This document shows positions 13,234 through 27,819 of a stretch of DNA of 64,000 nucleotides, in pieces. The translations under genes were made by a program, and so were the position numbers. Numbering within the stretch: position 1 is the stretch's first letter; each line of letters starts with the position of its first letter. Below the pieces are notes generated by a model. It saw only the letters and a program-made list of their open reading frames with translations. It was not told where the DNA came from and searched no databases. The DNA is from Camelus dromedarius (Eukaryota), in the NCBI RefSeq assembly GCF_036321535.1, contig NC_087436.1, positions 52,144,001 to 52,208,000 on the forward strand, in the 5' to 3' direction.

Positions 13234-13761
13234 ACAAAATAAAGGGAGAATAAAGGAAGGAAGGAAGGAAAGAAAGAAAAGGCCAATTCTTCTGAAAAAC
13301 TAGGGCATACTAACAGACAACTTTTTAAATATAAGTTTGTCTTGCCTTGTAACATACCAATGGCCACTATGTTTATAATAAACTGGGTTTTTTTTTGTTA
13401 TTGTACAAGCCTTTCAAAATATTAGAGCCATTAATCACTTTTGTATAATGATTATTACTAATATCAGAAATGTGAGGAAAGCATGGTTATCCTAACCTTT
13501 CAATTTGACAGGTAGTTTGTGAAATAAAATAGCAACTTTTGAATTATAATACAAAGGGGTAAGAAAAAAGGGTAGCCATTTTAGCTTGAACCCAGTCAAA
13601 ATTATGTATCTGTTATTTTTAAAGAGTTGTATTATCCTAATGAGATCATATAAATTATCCTAACAGTCCTCATTTCTTTCGTTTCCCCTTAATTCACTCA
13701 TTGCATGTTGTTACCAGCGCACACAGCAACACACTTTTAAATCCCCTCTCAAGGTGCAGCT
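13234..13761 (-). repeat. Long inverted repeat, right arm (528 bp)
   Basis: Reverse complement of 11528-12055; ORF 11843..12046(-) reads the same purine tract seen on + at ~13250. Confidence 0.98.
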
Positions 13762-14148
13762 GATAAAGTAAAATATATTAATTCATCAATCAATAATTTT
13801 TGTTAAACACAAGACCACATGCCTATCACTAAGCTAGGTTCTCTAGGGGACTAAACAAATTAAAAAAGGGATCCAGCATTCACTTGGTCCCTAGGAACGT
13901 AAGTTTGTAATCTGGTCTAGATCTAGGAGCAAAACTGTACAAATAAATACAAATTCAAAAGTAACCATTTTCTCCTTCATAGATTTATAGTATATTCACA
14001 TCCCCATTTTTTATTTATCCATTGTCTGTTGACCTATACTTGGTCAATATTACCATTAGATTTTGTAGATATGAGCTAATAATTTTAAAAACATAAAGTC
14101 TGCATAGAAACACAAAGACTCTTAACTTTTATAATCTGAATTTGATAG

Positions 14149-14400
<252 letters not shown>

Positions 14401-17344
14401 TAATGCTGTTTGCCAGGTGATTACTTGGCGTCTCATAGATAACCCTGAGAATAATTGTCTAAGATTTTGGATTATGTGCAAATCATAACATACTGTTGAG
14501 AATGAAAGATATTGTTTATTCTCTAGTTGCTCTGAAGAAATATTAGGAAAAAAAACCATGAGGGAATTTTCCTATTATCCTGAAAACATTGTTGAAGCAG
14601 TGAACTATCTTAATAACCACCATCTTTTGGTAACTCACATCGCTAAGTGACTTTTTTGGCTCTGTTAGTGAGGTTGTTCCTGTCAATTTTTCAATGATGT
14701 CTGTGATAAAAGAAGGCACTTACACATTGATATATTGGTATTTATGTCAATCCCAATATTTTTTCATATCTATAATAATGAATAAGCCATGAGGTTTTTT
14801 TATTGTTTTTAACGATACTGTTTGGTATTCAGTTACTCTCGAAGAGTATGCTTTCTATAAAAGACAAAGATTTATGAGGTGAATGGAGATGGTGAGAAAA
14901 AATTTCTCTGGCTCTTCAAAAGGACCCTAAAATGAATGGAAACTTAACAAAAATGTAGTTGGAGGACAAAAGTATGAGGGCAAACTTCACTTCCTTAAAC
15001 ATTTAGTAAGTACCTACTCTGCATAGGGCACTCAGGATTCCAAAGTGCATTAAAGACCTCAGAAGAAGTTACAGTCTGGATAGACTGATGCATAAACAGA
15101 TAATATAAATAAAATAAGACATGTTATAAAATAAAGGATGAAGGTGGCAGTGAAAACTAGGTATTGTGGCAAGTTTAAATTGATACAATTTTTATCTTTA
15201 AAAACTGCGCTTGGGTAAAATGAAGCAAGAATGTGGCCCTTTCTGAAAGTTACTTATCAGGACAGCATTATTTAATGTTTACTTGGGTTTAATACAGATC
15301 ACATCTATAATTGCAGAATACCTAATGCTGAAGGCAAAATAAAATAAAATGTTCATATATTCATATAAATAGAGTCCATGTACTTGTATAAATTTAAAGT
15401 GTGCAATTATTCCTACCATCTCATAGTTTTTCTTTTTTTCTATAACATCTCTTGTCTTCATTACTTGTCTCCATATATTTTCCTCAGTCATTTTTCACAT
15501 TACAAGGGGATGTACAGTATAGAGAAGGAAAGAAAAACTATCTATCTATATACATATACACACACATATATATATACATATATGTATGAAAACTTTTACT
15601 AGGTTAGAATTTGCTAAAGAATAGTAGTAAGAACTTACTTAAGTAGATATATTGATATATTTCAAAATATCCAGATAATCAGTGTATATTTTGTGCTTTA
15701 TACAGATTCTCAATGTTTCTGGTTATAGCCACAGTTTGCCATTGTTAACTTTTCTAGGGATAGTGATATCATTTAAGAGATATTATTCTTTATAATGGCA
15801 GAGACTTTTTTTCCTAAAAGAAGAATACTAACCTGGTGGAATCTAAATCTTTCTTCACCTTATTCCTTTTATTCCTCAAAAGAAAGATTAGAAAGATTAA
15901 TTAGCATTAACATGTTGATATTCCTCTGTTAACAAATCCCTGTTTTAGCCAAGTTTGTTGACCAATAATTATAATACACAGTATATTAAAAATGTAACTT
16001 ATGGTATGGAATAAATAGACCTGCATATGTTTGTAATGATACATTAATCCATTCATTCAGCAAACATACGTTGAGTACCTACTATGTGCTGCCAGGTCTT
16101 AGAGCCAAAAGTGCCTGCACATTTTAAGAGTGCAGGTGTTTGCTGCACAGTTGACTGTTATTGCCAAGACTACCTCAGTGTTCTACTTCACTTATAGTGA
16201 GTTCTCTTTACCCACCCACTCAGTCACGTACATGAAAGAGTATATTTTGAAACTTCCTCTGCTTTAAAATAATTAGATCCAATCAATGTGCTGTGCTCAT
16301 CAGCACTTGTTTTGAAGCCTGTTCATTCCAATTAAACGAGTGCATGTCCTTTTCAAGGCACTTGGAAGAAGTTTGTTCTTTCTAAATAGACCAGTGAAAT
16401 CTTAACTGCCACGCTTAAGTCTTAGATCAGTCCGGCAGAGAAACAGCTACGACCTCTCCATGTGATTTTTTTTTTAGTTCAAATCTCCTGAATTTGCCCT
16501 CTCAGGAAAAAAAAAGCAGACAGAAGTAAGTTTTAATTAAAAATATGTTTAACTTAGGATATTGTACATTTTAGAGTAAATCATCAGAAATGTTCTTCAG
16601 TGCTTTATTTAACATGTCACAAAAATTATGGATTTCTTCAAAGGTACTCAAAGAACAACTTGTAGAGCTTCCCAGAACTCTGACTCTCTTTGGGACAACA
16701 GTGTGTTGAGAACATATATTGAAGCTTTTTTTTTTTTTTTTTTTGGTATTGTTTTCAACCTTAGGATAAAATTTCCAGTTCTCCCACCCTGTCTGTCCCT
16801 CCTGCAGGCAGCCTGCAGAGTGTGTCCCTCCCTGGGGGCTGGCCTCCTGCTCTGCCTGTCAGGTTCCTGGGCTTGTTGTTGGCTACTGAGGTGAAAGCAG
16901 GAATCAGAAGACATCAAATGACTTAACGAAAGCCCTTCCTTCACTTGCGGCTCATTCTAAAGAGGAGCCATCTCTCGATGAGTTATTTATCCAACCCTTC
17001 TCAGTATTTTGTTTTATACCCAATGTCAACTGCAAGAGTCCAAGTTAGTCATGGTGACTCTGCAGACCATGCCTCTCTGTTTATCTTCTCAAGGTGACTT
17101 CTTAGTGTGTATAGAGCCTGTGGCAGGGAGGAGCTCTCATGCCCTTGGGGAGTGAAAGGTGTGGGATTAATTTTGCCTCTTTCCTTCAGGTTCTCTCAGC
17201 CCCGCTTTACCACTCAGTGGTGATGCTGGCGGCAGCTAACACTTAGGTGCTTAACATCACCCTAAGTCATTTCTGTGTGTACTAACTCTTTCCTAATTGT
17301 GCCTTTTTGATCAACAAAAATTTATAATTATTACCTGTCGTCCA

Positions 17345-17560
17345 TTTTGAGTAAATTTGGTAGGTTATTTATATTATCTCGAATCCTCCAAACAACCTTT
17401 TGATTTAGGTGTTACGATGTTATCCCAGTTTTTCATAAGAAGCTAGCCAGACTCAGGGAGGTGGGCTTAAAACCTCAGGTCACACAGTTAGGGACGTAAT
17501 AGAGCTTGGATTCAAACTGGCGTCTGCCTGGTCCTTAGGCTCCTGAACTTTCCACATTCT
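17345..17560 (-). mobile_element. MIR SINE
   Basis: aatcctccaaacaacc...atcccagtttttcataagaag...aggtcacacagttagg...ggattcaaact. Confidence 0.7.
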
Positions 17561-20500
17561 GTGATTACAATGCTTGAAATCTTTCTTTTTTTTTAACAGC
17601 ATGAGTTTTTTTTTAACAAAACAACACTAATAGCTAAACATAATGTACTTTCATTTGTTCTGTTAAGTGTCCATAAAATAAAGAAATAGGTTTCTTTGCA
17701 CTATTATTTGGTCATGAAAGACAAAGCAAAAAAAAAAAAAAAGTATCATTCTACTCTCTTAACCTAAATTTACTCTGAGAAGTTATAAGCGTTTGATAAT
17801 GTTAAAAATTTTATTGTATCTGAGCAGACAGAATGTCTCCTGGCTCGCCTAGGCTTCTACTGGGTGGAAATCACGTCTTGAATCTCTCCTTCTTAGCTTC
17901 TGCCTTACAAATAAAGGAATGGGAGAGCCTATCTATCTAAAAAGATTGCTGCTTTAAATTGGCCCATGGTTCTTTTATGTTGAAAATAAAATACAAAACT
18001 TTTTTTGTCTTGTAAAATTTTGAAGCAGATTAATGCCAGTGAATGTCTTTTGAGGATCTAGTTTATACGTATTGGGGTCTCTGATTCCTGTTTCCACTTC
18101 TGATTTTGGATGATAAAGTGATAGTCTGGTTTCAATTTGGGTTTATTATTTACCAGAACATTTCAGAGAAGTTAAAAAATCCAAGTAGATGTATCTCATT
18201 TGGTAGTTAATTCTCATTAATGAAGAAGACTGATTTCAGACGAAGAATTAGTAAGTGATCCCAAAATGTGTGTGTGATGGGCCAGGATGGGGAGGCAGCA
18301 GGCAGGGAGCAGCTGATAGAAATCAAGCCATCTGCATCACAAAGCTTGCTTTACTGTTCATTATTATATTAAGGGCGTCTGGAATAGCAGTAAGCATTAG
18401 AAACCTAATGACAATTTCATGAGTTAGAAATATTTATTTGGAACTTTCTTTTAGTCCTAAAATCTTAGACTCTGAGATCACTTTATGTATATGTATAGAC
18501 ACACACACATATATACAAATTATGTTTGAGACTACGATATGTAGTAAGTCTGGCTAACAGGAACGAATTATAGAGGTGAAACTGAAATCCTATAGAATAA
18601 GAAAGGCAAGAGAAAAATAATAAAACTAATGTATTTCAAGCCAAATATAGTTTCAGGCTGCAATGGAAAGACTTAATATTAAATTAGAATTTATGTCTCT
18701 GCTTTCATCTAAGGAGCAAACCACATGGTGGAACTCTTATCCTTTATCCACATTTTTGCCTTATCCTAATGTTAACCAGAGGCAAGTCACTGAATACAGG
18801 ATCAGAGCAGTTTTTTGCATGCCTCTATGAAACCATTTAAATTGTATACGAGAAAATTATCTCCCATCATCTGCTTTGAATTATTAGATAATTCTTCAAA
18901 TCTAATATCACAGGTTCCAGAGTGTCTCCCCACTGCTTTCTGTCTAGCTTTAAAAACTCATACAGAACTTTTTAAAGTGCAAAGTTGGGAATTAGTGGGA
19001 CTAACGTGGCATCTTATGGGTCCTTGAGGAATACCTCTATAAGGGTTCCGGTATATCATTTTCTACCAAAGCTGTATTTATCTGCCATGATGAATGCTTG
19101 AGATGAATTTCATCCTAAAAACTCCCCTCTGCTTTGTGCATCTGGCAGCACATATACTAAGAGCCATTAGCTTAGAGCTCTCCTTGTGGCTGTAATTATT
19201 GTCATTTCTGAGCAGCTCATCTCAGCATCTCAGATTTCAGGTTCCGAATCTGGAAAAAAATAAAAAACAAACAGTTGTGTGTCCTATAATAATTGGCCAT
19301 TTGGGGGAGAAATTCTCACCTTTTAATATAGAAAATACAAAGAAATGTTTAGATCTACTACCGAAAAAGAGCTCTGAGGAGCACGGCGGTGACGTGACTC
19401 TTGTTCTGTCAACTTTGAAACATAGCCAGCAGTCTGTGAGCAGAGGAGGAACATCATAAAAGCAGTATTGGAGAAAAAGCAAATACTTTTTCCAAGCTTG
19501 GAAAAATGCTTGGAACAGAGGATGAGTTGGGATATAATTTAGGGACTTCATAAAGTATCTCGAAGTTGACTAGATCCAAACAGTGACTAGATCCGAATAG
19601 TGATAGTGTTCATCGTAAAATAAAAAGGGAGCTATTCCAAAGAGCTGTCCAAGGACTTGCAGCTCTGGAATCAGTGGGGCAAAGGAAACAGAAGTGGATT
19701 TGGATAGGTCAAACTTCGGTGCCTAGGAGAATGAGAACATTTATGGAAAAACACTCATCTGTTTCAGAAGAAAGATGAGCTTAGTGACAGACGTGTGTTT
19801 GAGTAAAAGTGACACACGTAACTCTGGAAATGTGCAAGCAGGATTTGGCAGTGGAACCTTGAAAACTGGGAACAAAATCTGGCCTGTGATAGAGGCTTTG
19901 AACTAAAAGTCACAACTGAATCTACTAAGAGTCAGATAGGCCTCCAAAGTTACTGATGCAGAAGGAACTACCAGAAAATTGAGGACTGATCCATGAAATT
20001 ATCCCTTGATGAAGCTGGAGAAGGAAGAAAAACAAGTGAAGGAAAAAGGAGTGATGAGGAAGACAGCATAAGAACCAAACTTGGGTAGCAGCTCAGGCAG
20101 CAGCTATTGAAAAGGATTTGCACCAAATGCAGAAAGATTACTGTGAGGTATAAGTTTGACCAGAAAACAAACTATTAGGGCATAACTTTGATTATCAGAT
20201 AACAGTATTGAAAAGAGGGAAATAGCAAAATTGGTTTTATTTTTATAACAGCTAAAAAAAGAAAGTTGAAGTCATTTGTAAAGGCCAAAAACTAAAATAA
20301 AATTCAGAGTACCTCAATTTTAATATAGGGTTATATTTCTATCTTATTTTACATATTATCTTTTTATTTCCATGTCAAGTTATCTATTCATGGAATATTT
20401 CTTTCTGTGTATTCAGTGGCAAACAAACATGTGGTCTCTGCCTTCACGGAGCTGACGGTCTAATACGACAAGACAGTTTTCAACATGCTGGTCTCACAGA

Positions 20501-22732
20501 GGACTTAGAGGGTTGGAGGAGGGGAGTGTGCATGAGGATGAAGCATTTAAATATTTTAAATATTCATTAAATATAAAATAACTGAAGGAGAAAACATAAA
20601 GGACATCTTTCCTGTCCTGTTCTACTTCTGACAAGGAAAAGAAAAATGCGTTATGTATTTTACTGCTTTAAGAAGGATGGCCATGTGAGAAATCCATAAA
20701 ATTTTTCAGAAAATTATATGCAAAGGTGCATATCAGTTTATCAGTTTTTTCTCTTATTTTTTGAAAATAACTGAGTTTGCACAACCTTCCAGTTTATTGT
20801 TGAGTTTTCTCAATTACTTAATATTTCAGTGTGTAACTTATAAGCTGAATCATTTTTACTACTATAAATGTGTCCTTTGTACTCTGCACCCCTTATAGTA
20901 TGGGTAACTGCTTTTTTTCATCATGGTTATGCCACAAAAAGGAAACAAATAGTTATATACAGTATATCATTAAAACTGAAGCATGTTTTAAAAATGCGCA
21001 GGCATTTACTAGGTACTGGAGTATAAATTCCCATCATATTTATGGGACCAATATTCTGGGGCCTTGGCTATCAAACAAGGTGCCTAGTTAGCCACCCTAC
21101 TGTAATCAGTATCATGGAGTCTGACTTCCATGTGATTACAGTAAGTCTTTTTAAGTTGCTAACTAAAATGATACAGTGACACAGACATTAACAGTACCAG
21201 TGTCTCTTCTTACTGTACTACATTATTTTGCACGAACGAGTTTCCTTATTAGGTGGCATAATTTTCACATTGCATGGAAACCCAGACTTTGCAGAACAAA
21301 CTAAGTGTTAAAAAGAACAGCTGTATCCTTGTTACAGCTAATTGGTTGGCTCATGTCCACCATTGGCTAGAATATTATAATAATACTCTGGAGTTTCATA
21401 CTGTATTTCCGTAGTCACATGTGCTATACACATATACAACATTCGCAGGTTTAAAAACCATTGATTTTTGTAGCATTTGAGCCTTCCTTCAGCTTACGGT
21501 GACATTGGCCAACTTATATTAAACATTAGCTATTCCATATCTAAGCATACACTTCAATTAAATGTATTTATAAAATGTATTTGAGAAGGAAGTCCATGTT
21601 GCATAATGAAAGGAAATAAGCATGGGCTCTGTAAACCTTGATGCATTCTTTATTTGAAAGATATTGAAGTAGAGAGCTCTCTTTCCTCAACAAAGGCAGA
21701 TTTTGTGTATATGTGTGTCTATGTATTTTAGAAAAACTTCACTTCTTACAAACAAGGTTGAGGTAATTGGCACATCAAAGAGGCATTCTTCATAAAGAGA
21801 GCTATAGTGGGTAATGTCAGCTTGCCGAAAATTAATAAGAGAAGAACATAAAATATATTTCTCTTGTGTTTTTGGCACAAAAGATTTTTTTTTGTACTTA
21901 AGCATTTTATAGGTCCAGCTCCTTAACCTGAAAATCATACTTATATGAGAATAATTAATAATTGAAGGAACCACCGCAGAGTTGTTGGGAGTCCAGAGTT
22001 TGTAAAACATTCTCTTTATAGTTGTTTGATCTCAGATGGCAGGTTTAAATGCTATACGAAAAAGTTTAATAAATGCTCAGAAAATCTAACGTTTAAAAAT
22101 ATTTTGCTATGACAGGAATCTATTTTCGCTCTTCTAAAAATCCATTTCATTCCTTCATCTTTACTCTTAGCTCACAAGAAGTTACAAAACTTTCTTCTAG
22201 TTTTTCTCAGAACTCAAAAGAAATAGAAATCTTGATTCTGTTTGGCCAGCTCATCTTTGTGGAGTGGTCTAGTTTTTTTTTCTCAAGGCAAAACCAGCAT
22301 TATCCCAGTTTCTCCCCTGCCATCATCTGGGGTCCAACCTTCAGCCTCATTGGCACAAAACTCGACTGAGATCCCAACTTAGGCAGCTTGATATTAATGA
22401 AGATCACACAATCAACCTTTTAATTTACAGTGAGAAATGTAACTATTGGAAGAACTGGAATATTCACTTCTGCACAAGCATTTCCTTCTTAATATAAACA
22501 GCGGACATTTCTGAGTATCCTGGGCCAGGTGCTCTCGCAGGTGGCGCAGTCCCGGCACTCGTGTCTGTTGACTGTTGAGAATGAATGAGCGCATGACTTA
22601 GGTAATTATTCCACTCACCTGGGCAGCAGATCATCAGCCTACCACTCTCATGCATCATGGCTTGGGTTCCCAGCTGATGACCTTAGGTCAACAACTTACC
22701 ATTTGAAATCATGCAAATGAAGCACTTGGAAC

Positions 22733-22880
22733 CTTCCTCATTTTTTAGATGAGGGAGGTGAGACTTAGAGAAGCTTAGTCATTTGCCCAACAAGCACAGT
22801 CTGTAAATGGAGGAGCTGGGACTCAAACCTTGGTCTTTTATTCCAGAGCCCGGGTTCTTTGCCACTGTGCTATTCGGCCT
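22733..22880 (-). mobile_element. MIR SINE core
   Basis: cattttttagatgagggaggtgagacttagagaagcttagtcatttgcccaa...gctgggactcaaacc. Confidence 0.75.
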
Positions 22881-25800
22881 CTGACATGCCAGTTCATTTG
22901 TCTTAAAAGAAGTGAATGAGTCAGGCAGGTGTCTATGATCTGAAGCTTTGCTGTTGGGCCAGAACGCTTAAGGGCTGTCATGGGCCCCTGCATGGTCCTT
23001 CTCTAGACGTTTCAGAAGTTTCCCTTGGCTTCTCTTCTGTCTTATGTCTCTGTGGGTGACGAGTGCAGGTTTTAGTTAATATATCCCTTTCCTCTGATAA
23101 TATATTTCGGTGATGTTAAAGCCTCACAACCTAGGAGCCGTTCTGCCTCTTCAGGTCATCTGTGTAGGCCTGTGCACTGGTCGGTGGCCAGAACCTGATT
23201 CTCATTTTCCTCCTTTTTGGGCAAAGCCCTCGCCGCATCCCCTCTGTACTGACAAAGAACCCTGCCTAGTTCCTGAATAGCATCAGAAGATCTTTGAGTG
23301 GCTTTGTTTCAGGTCAGCTCCGTGGATGCCAGTGCCTCGGCCATCCTCTGCTGTCAGATGGCGGGGTTACACTACCTTCAGCCTGCTTTCTTGTGTGCTG
23401 TCAGATGGTACTCAGTTAGCTTTCTGTCTAGGGTATAACACATGGGACAGTCAAACATAGTATTTTACTATATTTGTGCCTTTTTTTTCCTTCATTCTCT
23501 TTAATTTCCGAGATAACATTTGAATATCACTCTAGTATTTGATAAATGTATAAATCCATAAGGGGCCAGAATTAAATCTTGTCTAAGTGCTTTCTTCCAG
23601 CATTTAGCATATATGCACAATTAGGCCCTTAATGAATAACTTTTTAACTGTTGCATCCTTACCTATATCCAGAATAATACTTGGTAGATTAAACATCCAA
23701 GCATCATGATTGTTTCTCCTATAGACAATAAATCCACATTATTAGCTTGACATTTGTAATTTTGTCTCATTTTGCTTTTATTTTCACTTGTCAGTTTACA
23801 AAAGTGATGCATTTGTGTCATGACAAAGAGTTTAATTCAAGTGGGATTTCACACACTATTGATTTATACTTTGGTAAATATAAATAAACTGAGAAGTCCT
23901 TTGTAAGGCATAGGCTGAATATGTGGTAGTTTCTTGAAAACTCAACCAAGCTTCCTAATCTACTTTAAAGTCTTTTATTTTTACCCAAGTTTTAATTTAC
24001 ACTTACAGCCAATTTCTGTGACTCTACTGAGGAATTACTGAGCAGATGGAACACAATATCTCAGAGAACAGGAGTCCATGGAATCAAATTAGTCCTTGTA
24101 AACCAAAGGAACTTTTACCTGTGTATTAAGATAACCAATTAATGACTGTTATTTGACATTTGGGAGTAGTCTGCGCGTTTTTAAGACTTTCTGTCCAAAG
24201 AATCCGATTATGTTTTGTGACAAGAGAAGTGGGAAGAAATAGTCTAGGCTATACTGGCTCTTTTTAAAGTCCATTACACAGGAGAGTCTTTTTATTTAAA
24301 AAATACATTTTCAAGGATTTTCTGTTCCTTTCAAAATGACATATAAGACAGAATAGCCCTGTGCCAAATATCACACCACTGTAGTTTCTATTCCATGCTG
24401 AGATTTTAGTTGAGCTAAAACATATGGAAGAAATTCGGGATACGTGGTTTGGAGTGATTCGGAATGAGTAGCGTTTATGTCCCATTTTTATCGCCTATGA
24501 ATATGTAATATGGGATTGTTAGGATCAAAATTAGAAAGGTATTTCAACTATTTTGGGTTGTAATCCTCAAAAAGATGAATTTTTACAGAGCTTTTTTAAA
24601 AATTTGTTATCCTGAAGGTGTTTTTCTCTGCCTAATAGAGTAACCTACGGAAGCATACATACAGCTGTTTCGTGAGGGGCAGCACCTCCAATCTCTTTGA
24701 GCTAGATTTAACCAGCACTGACCCTAATGGATCAGTAATGCAGGATTCTCAAGTTATGGCTAGTCGAGGAGATCTTTTTCCCAGCAATTGTCAACTCTAG
24801 AGACTGAATAATCTAATTCTTGATAGAGCAGCTATCTTCATGCCAGAATATTTGAACAAGTGGGTTACCCAAGGTTTCAAGAGGAGCAAGGAAATCCATT
24901 TTCACATCCTCAGCTTCCATATGTCCTCATTCCTGAAAATAATCAGCCTGGGGACTCACCTGGGCTCCACCCTGCAGGCTTCACTGCAGCCTCTCCTCTC
25001 CCACCTCCTCTCTCCATTGCTTTTCTCCCATTTTAACAGAAAGGCATAGGTCTCCCCAGACATAATCGCTGTGAACCTTGCCTGGAGTACTAAACAAACA
25101 GAGGCTGGAAAAACTCACTGCCTAGGAATTCTCCTTCATCAAGGCATGTAATTGCCCTCCCATCCTTATCATTAAGAGGTACATTCCAATCAAATTCTAT
25201 TTCTCTGTTTTTTAAATATTCACAAACATTTATCATACGTTTGTGCTATCTAGCTCAGTTATGCACTACTAATAATTGTGATTTTGATTACAAAGGAATT
25301 TTTAACTCTTAGAGCATACTGCCTCAGGAAATTTTAAAAATACTTTACTTTAAATTTAAATTTGACAGCAAAATATAATGTGGTGATAAAATACTTTAAA
25401 GTACAAATATATAATTCACTAAAGTAAAGGCAGGGAAATTGAAATGGAAATGCAATTTCAAAGATAAAAGGTCTAATGTAAGATATCTAAATGTCAATGA
25501 ATAGCTTCTTAATGGATTCTTACTTTAAATGAATGATGGTGGGATGAAATTGCTATGATATTTATGTGCCATTTGTTTAAAGAAAGTAGTATAGTCATTT
25601 CATTTAAAAATTGACAATGTTTATAATATTATATTCTTTATTTAAACTTGGAGGTGAGAATAGTATTCTTTTGAGGATATTTTGCAGATACGTGAGTAAA
25701 AAGTATAAAGGCTACAGTTTGGAAGCCAGCCCATCAAAATGAACAGTTCCTCAGTGCTTTATTGTGCTGTCCCTAACTCCCAGGACTCAAGTTCCTGGCT

Positions 25801-26707
25801 GTGTAGAAGAGTGTAATGAAGCACTTGTCACACTCACAGCCAAGGACAAAACAGGGTAGCTGTTTAGGTAATTTCTGAATAGCATCACTTTGTTGAGATA
25901 TAGATGCTCAAGATTTGTTACTGTTAAAGTGGATCAGAGAAAGGAAAGACAAGAAAATAAGGTTTAGGGATTACTGCACATGGTTTGGCCTTGTAGCCTT
26001 GTAGGGGCCAATTTGGGATATACGTTCTCCCAAACAGGACTGTCTGTGTACTTATAATTTCATCATCACTTGTAAAAAAGCTGTAATGACCAATCATGCA
26101 AGGTTTTTAGAGGCATCTGAAGACATACTCTGTCTTTGCAGTGTATCATATTTCAAAAGTGCTGGTATGGGGCAGAGGCCAAGCTAATTTTTGTCTTTAA
26201 TGTAAGACAACAAAAAATATTTCTTATCTCAACACCTTAATGCTTTGTTTCATCAATTGCCTTTATTCAAATTTAGTAATTGCTCTATTCATTGAAAAAT
26301 AAAATCTGGAGACATGTCTAAACTCTGCTAAATAATCATGAGTCATAATCACATTTTACTTTCAAGTGGAATAGGTTTCTTATAGAGATGAACTTCGTTA
26401 TATTTTAACAAATATGAAAAGGGGTGAGTTTCTATATTATTTCTTAGAATTTGAACTAAAAGGTTAAAGAGATTTGAAGCCTACCAGCAAAATATAGCTC
26501 TTAAAATAGATCTTTCTTTTGAAAAAATTTGAAATGTTAATGTGTATGCACTTCTTTTAATATACTGGATTTAAAGACGTATGCTGTGGTTACACTTGTA
26601 TTAGTTAAAAGTCCTTTAAAGAAAGAAGTCTTAAATAATAGCAGAATATTTGAGGCCAGCATAATAATGAAGTGGAAATTTTCTGCTGCATTTTCCATTA
26701 GAGCACA

Positions 26708-27005
26708 CAACTCACAGACATAGAAAACAAACCCATGGTCACCAAAGGGGAAAGGGAAGGGGAGGGATAAATTAAGAGTTGGGGATTAACAGATATACAC
26801 TATTATGTATAAAATAGATAAACAGATCTTCTTGTATAGCACAGGGAACTGTATTCGGTACCTCATAATAACCTCTAATGGAAATGAATCTGAAAAATAA
26901 AATTATATATAAATATATATATAAAACAATTGTTTTGCTGTACACCTGAAACTAACACAACATTGTAAATCAACTATATGTCAATAGAAAAATTAAAATT
27001 TTAAA
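26708..27005 (+). mobile_element. 5'-truncated L1 3' end (cetartiodactyl type)
   Basis: actcacagacatagaaaacaaacccatggtcaccaaagggg...gtatagcacagggaact...ctgtacacctgaaactaacacaacattgtaaatcaactata followed by an A-rich tail. Confidence 0.88.
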
Positions 27006-27582
27006 CATTAAAACTATATACACCTAAAAAAAGAGTAAGGAACTCAATTTTTGAAAGCAGCTTTTTTTATGTTCTAATAATATAAAAAGATTCCTATATC
27101 ATAAAATATTCAAGTGTAAAATTTTTATGTAGCTCATCATCTTCAGTTCTTACAGTAGCAAAAAGGTACTGAAAGCAATGAGGGTCTATTGAATTGGGCT
27201 TATCAAACAAAATCTTACTGGTCCAATTTCCCCTGGAGTTGTTTGGAGAAGGGGAGGGGTGGATGTAATCACGCCAAGAACTTTTCTTCTTTGCCCTCTT
27301 TGGCAAGCTCCTGCGTCCTCTGTACAACACCAGGACAGGGAGGGAGGAAAGGCCTCTCTTCTTAAAGCTGCTGTCTCCCTTTTCCCTCAAAGCCTAGCTT
27401 CTCCCAAATATAGTTTCGTTTTTTGACACTTTATTATGAAACGTTTCAAACCTAAAGGAATGTTGAGAGCATTGTACAGTCAGTACTCATGTACCCATCA
27501 CTTACTTTCTACAATTAATATGTGATTGTATTTGCATTTGTTACGTATCTATCTCTCTACCCAGCCATCGATCCATCTCTGT

Positions 27583-27737
27583 CTTTCTTTTTCTTTCTTT
27601 CTCTCTCTCTTTCTTCCTTCCTTCCTTCCTTCCTTTCTTCCTTCCTTCCTTCCTTCCTTCCTTCCTTTCTTCCTTCCTTCCTTCCTTCCTTCCTTCCTTC
27701 CTTCCGTTCAGTCTTTCTTTCTTTCTTTCTTTCCTTC

Positions 27738-27819
<82 letters not shown>

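Noticed and set aside
11528..13761. Inverted repeat as transposon TIRs or a circRNA driver
   Set aside because: No TSD or transposase remnant; both arms lie in the same intron and flank no exon, so back-splicing is not predicted.
19568..19604. 17-bp tandem duplication tgactagatcc(a/g)aa(c/t)ag
   Set aside because: Two copies only; ordinary slippage duplication, not an array.
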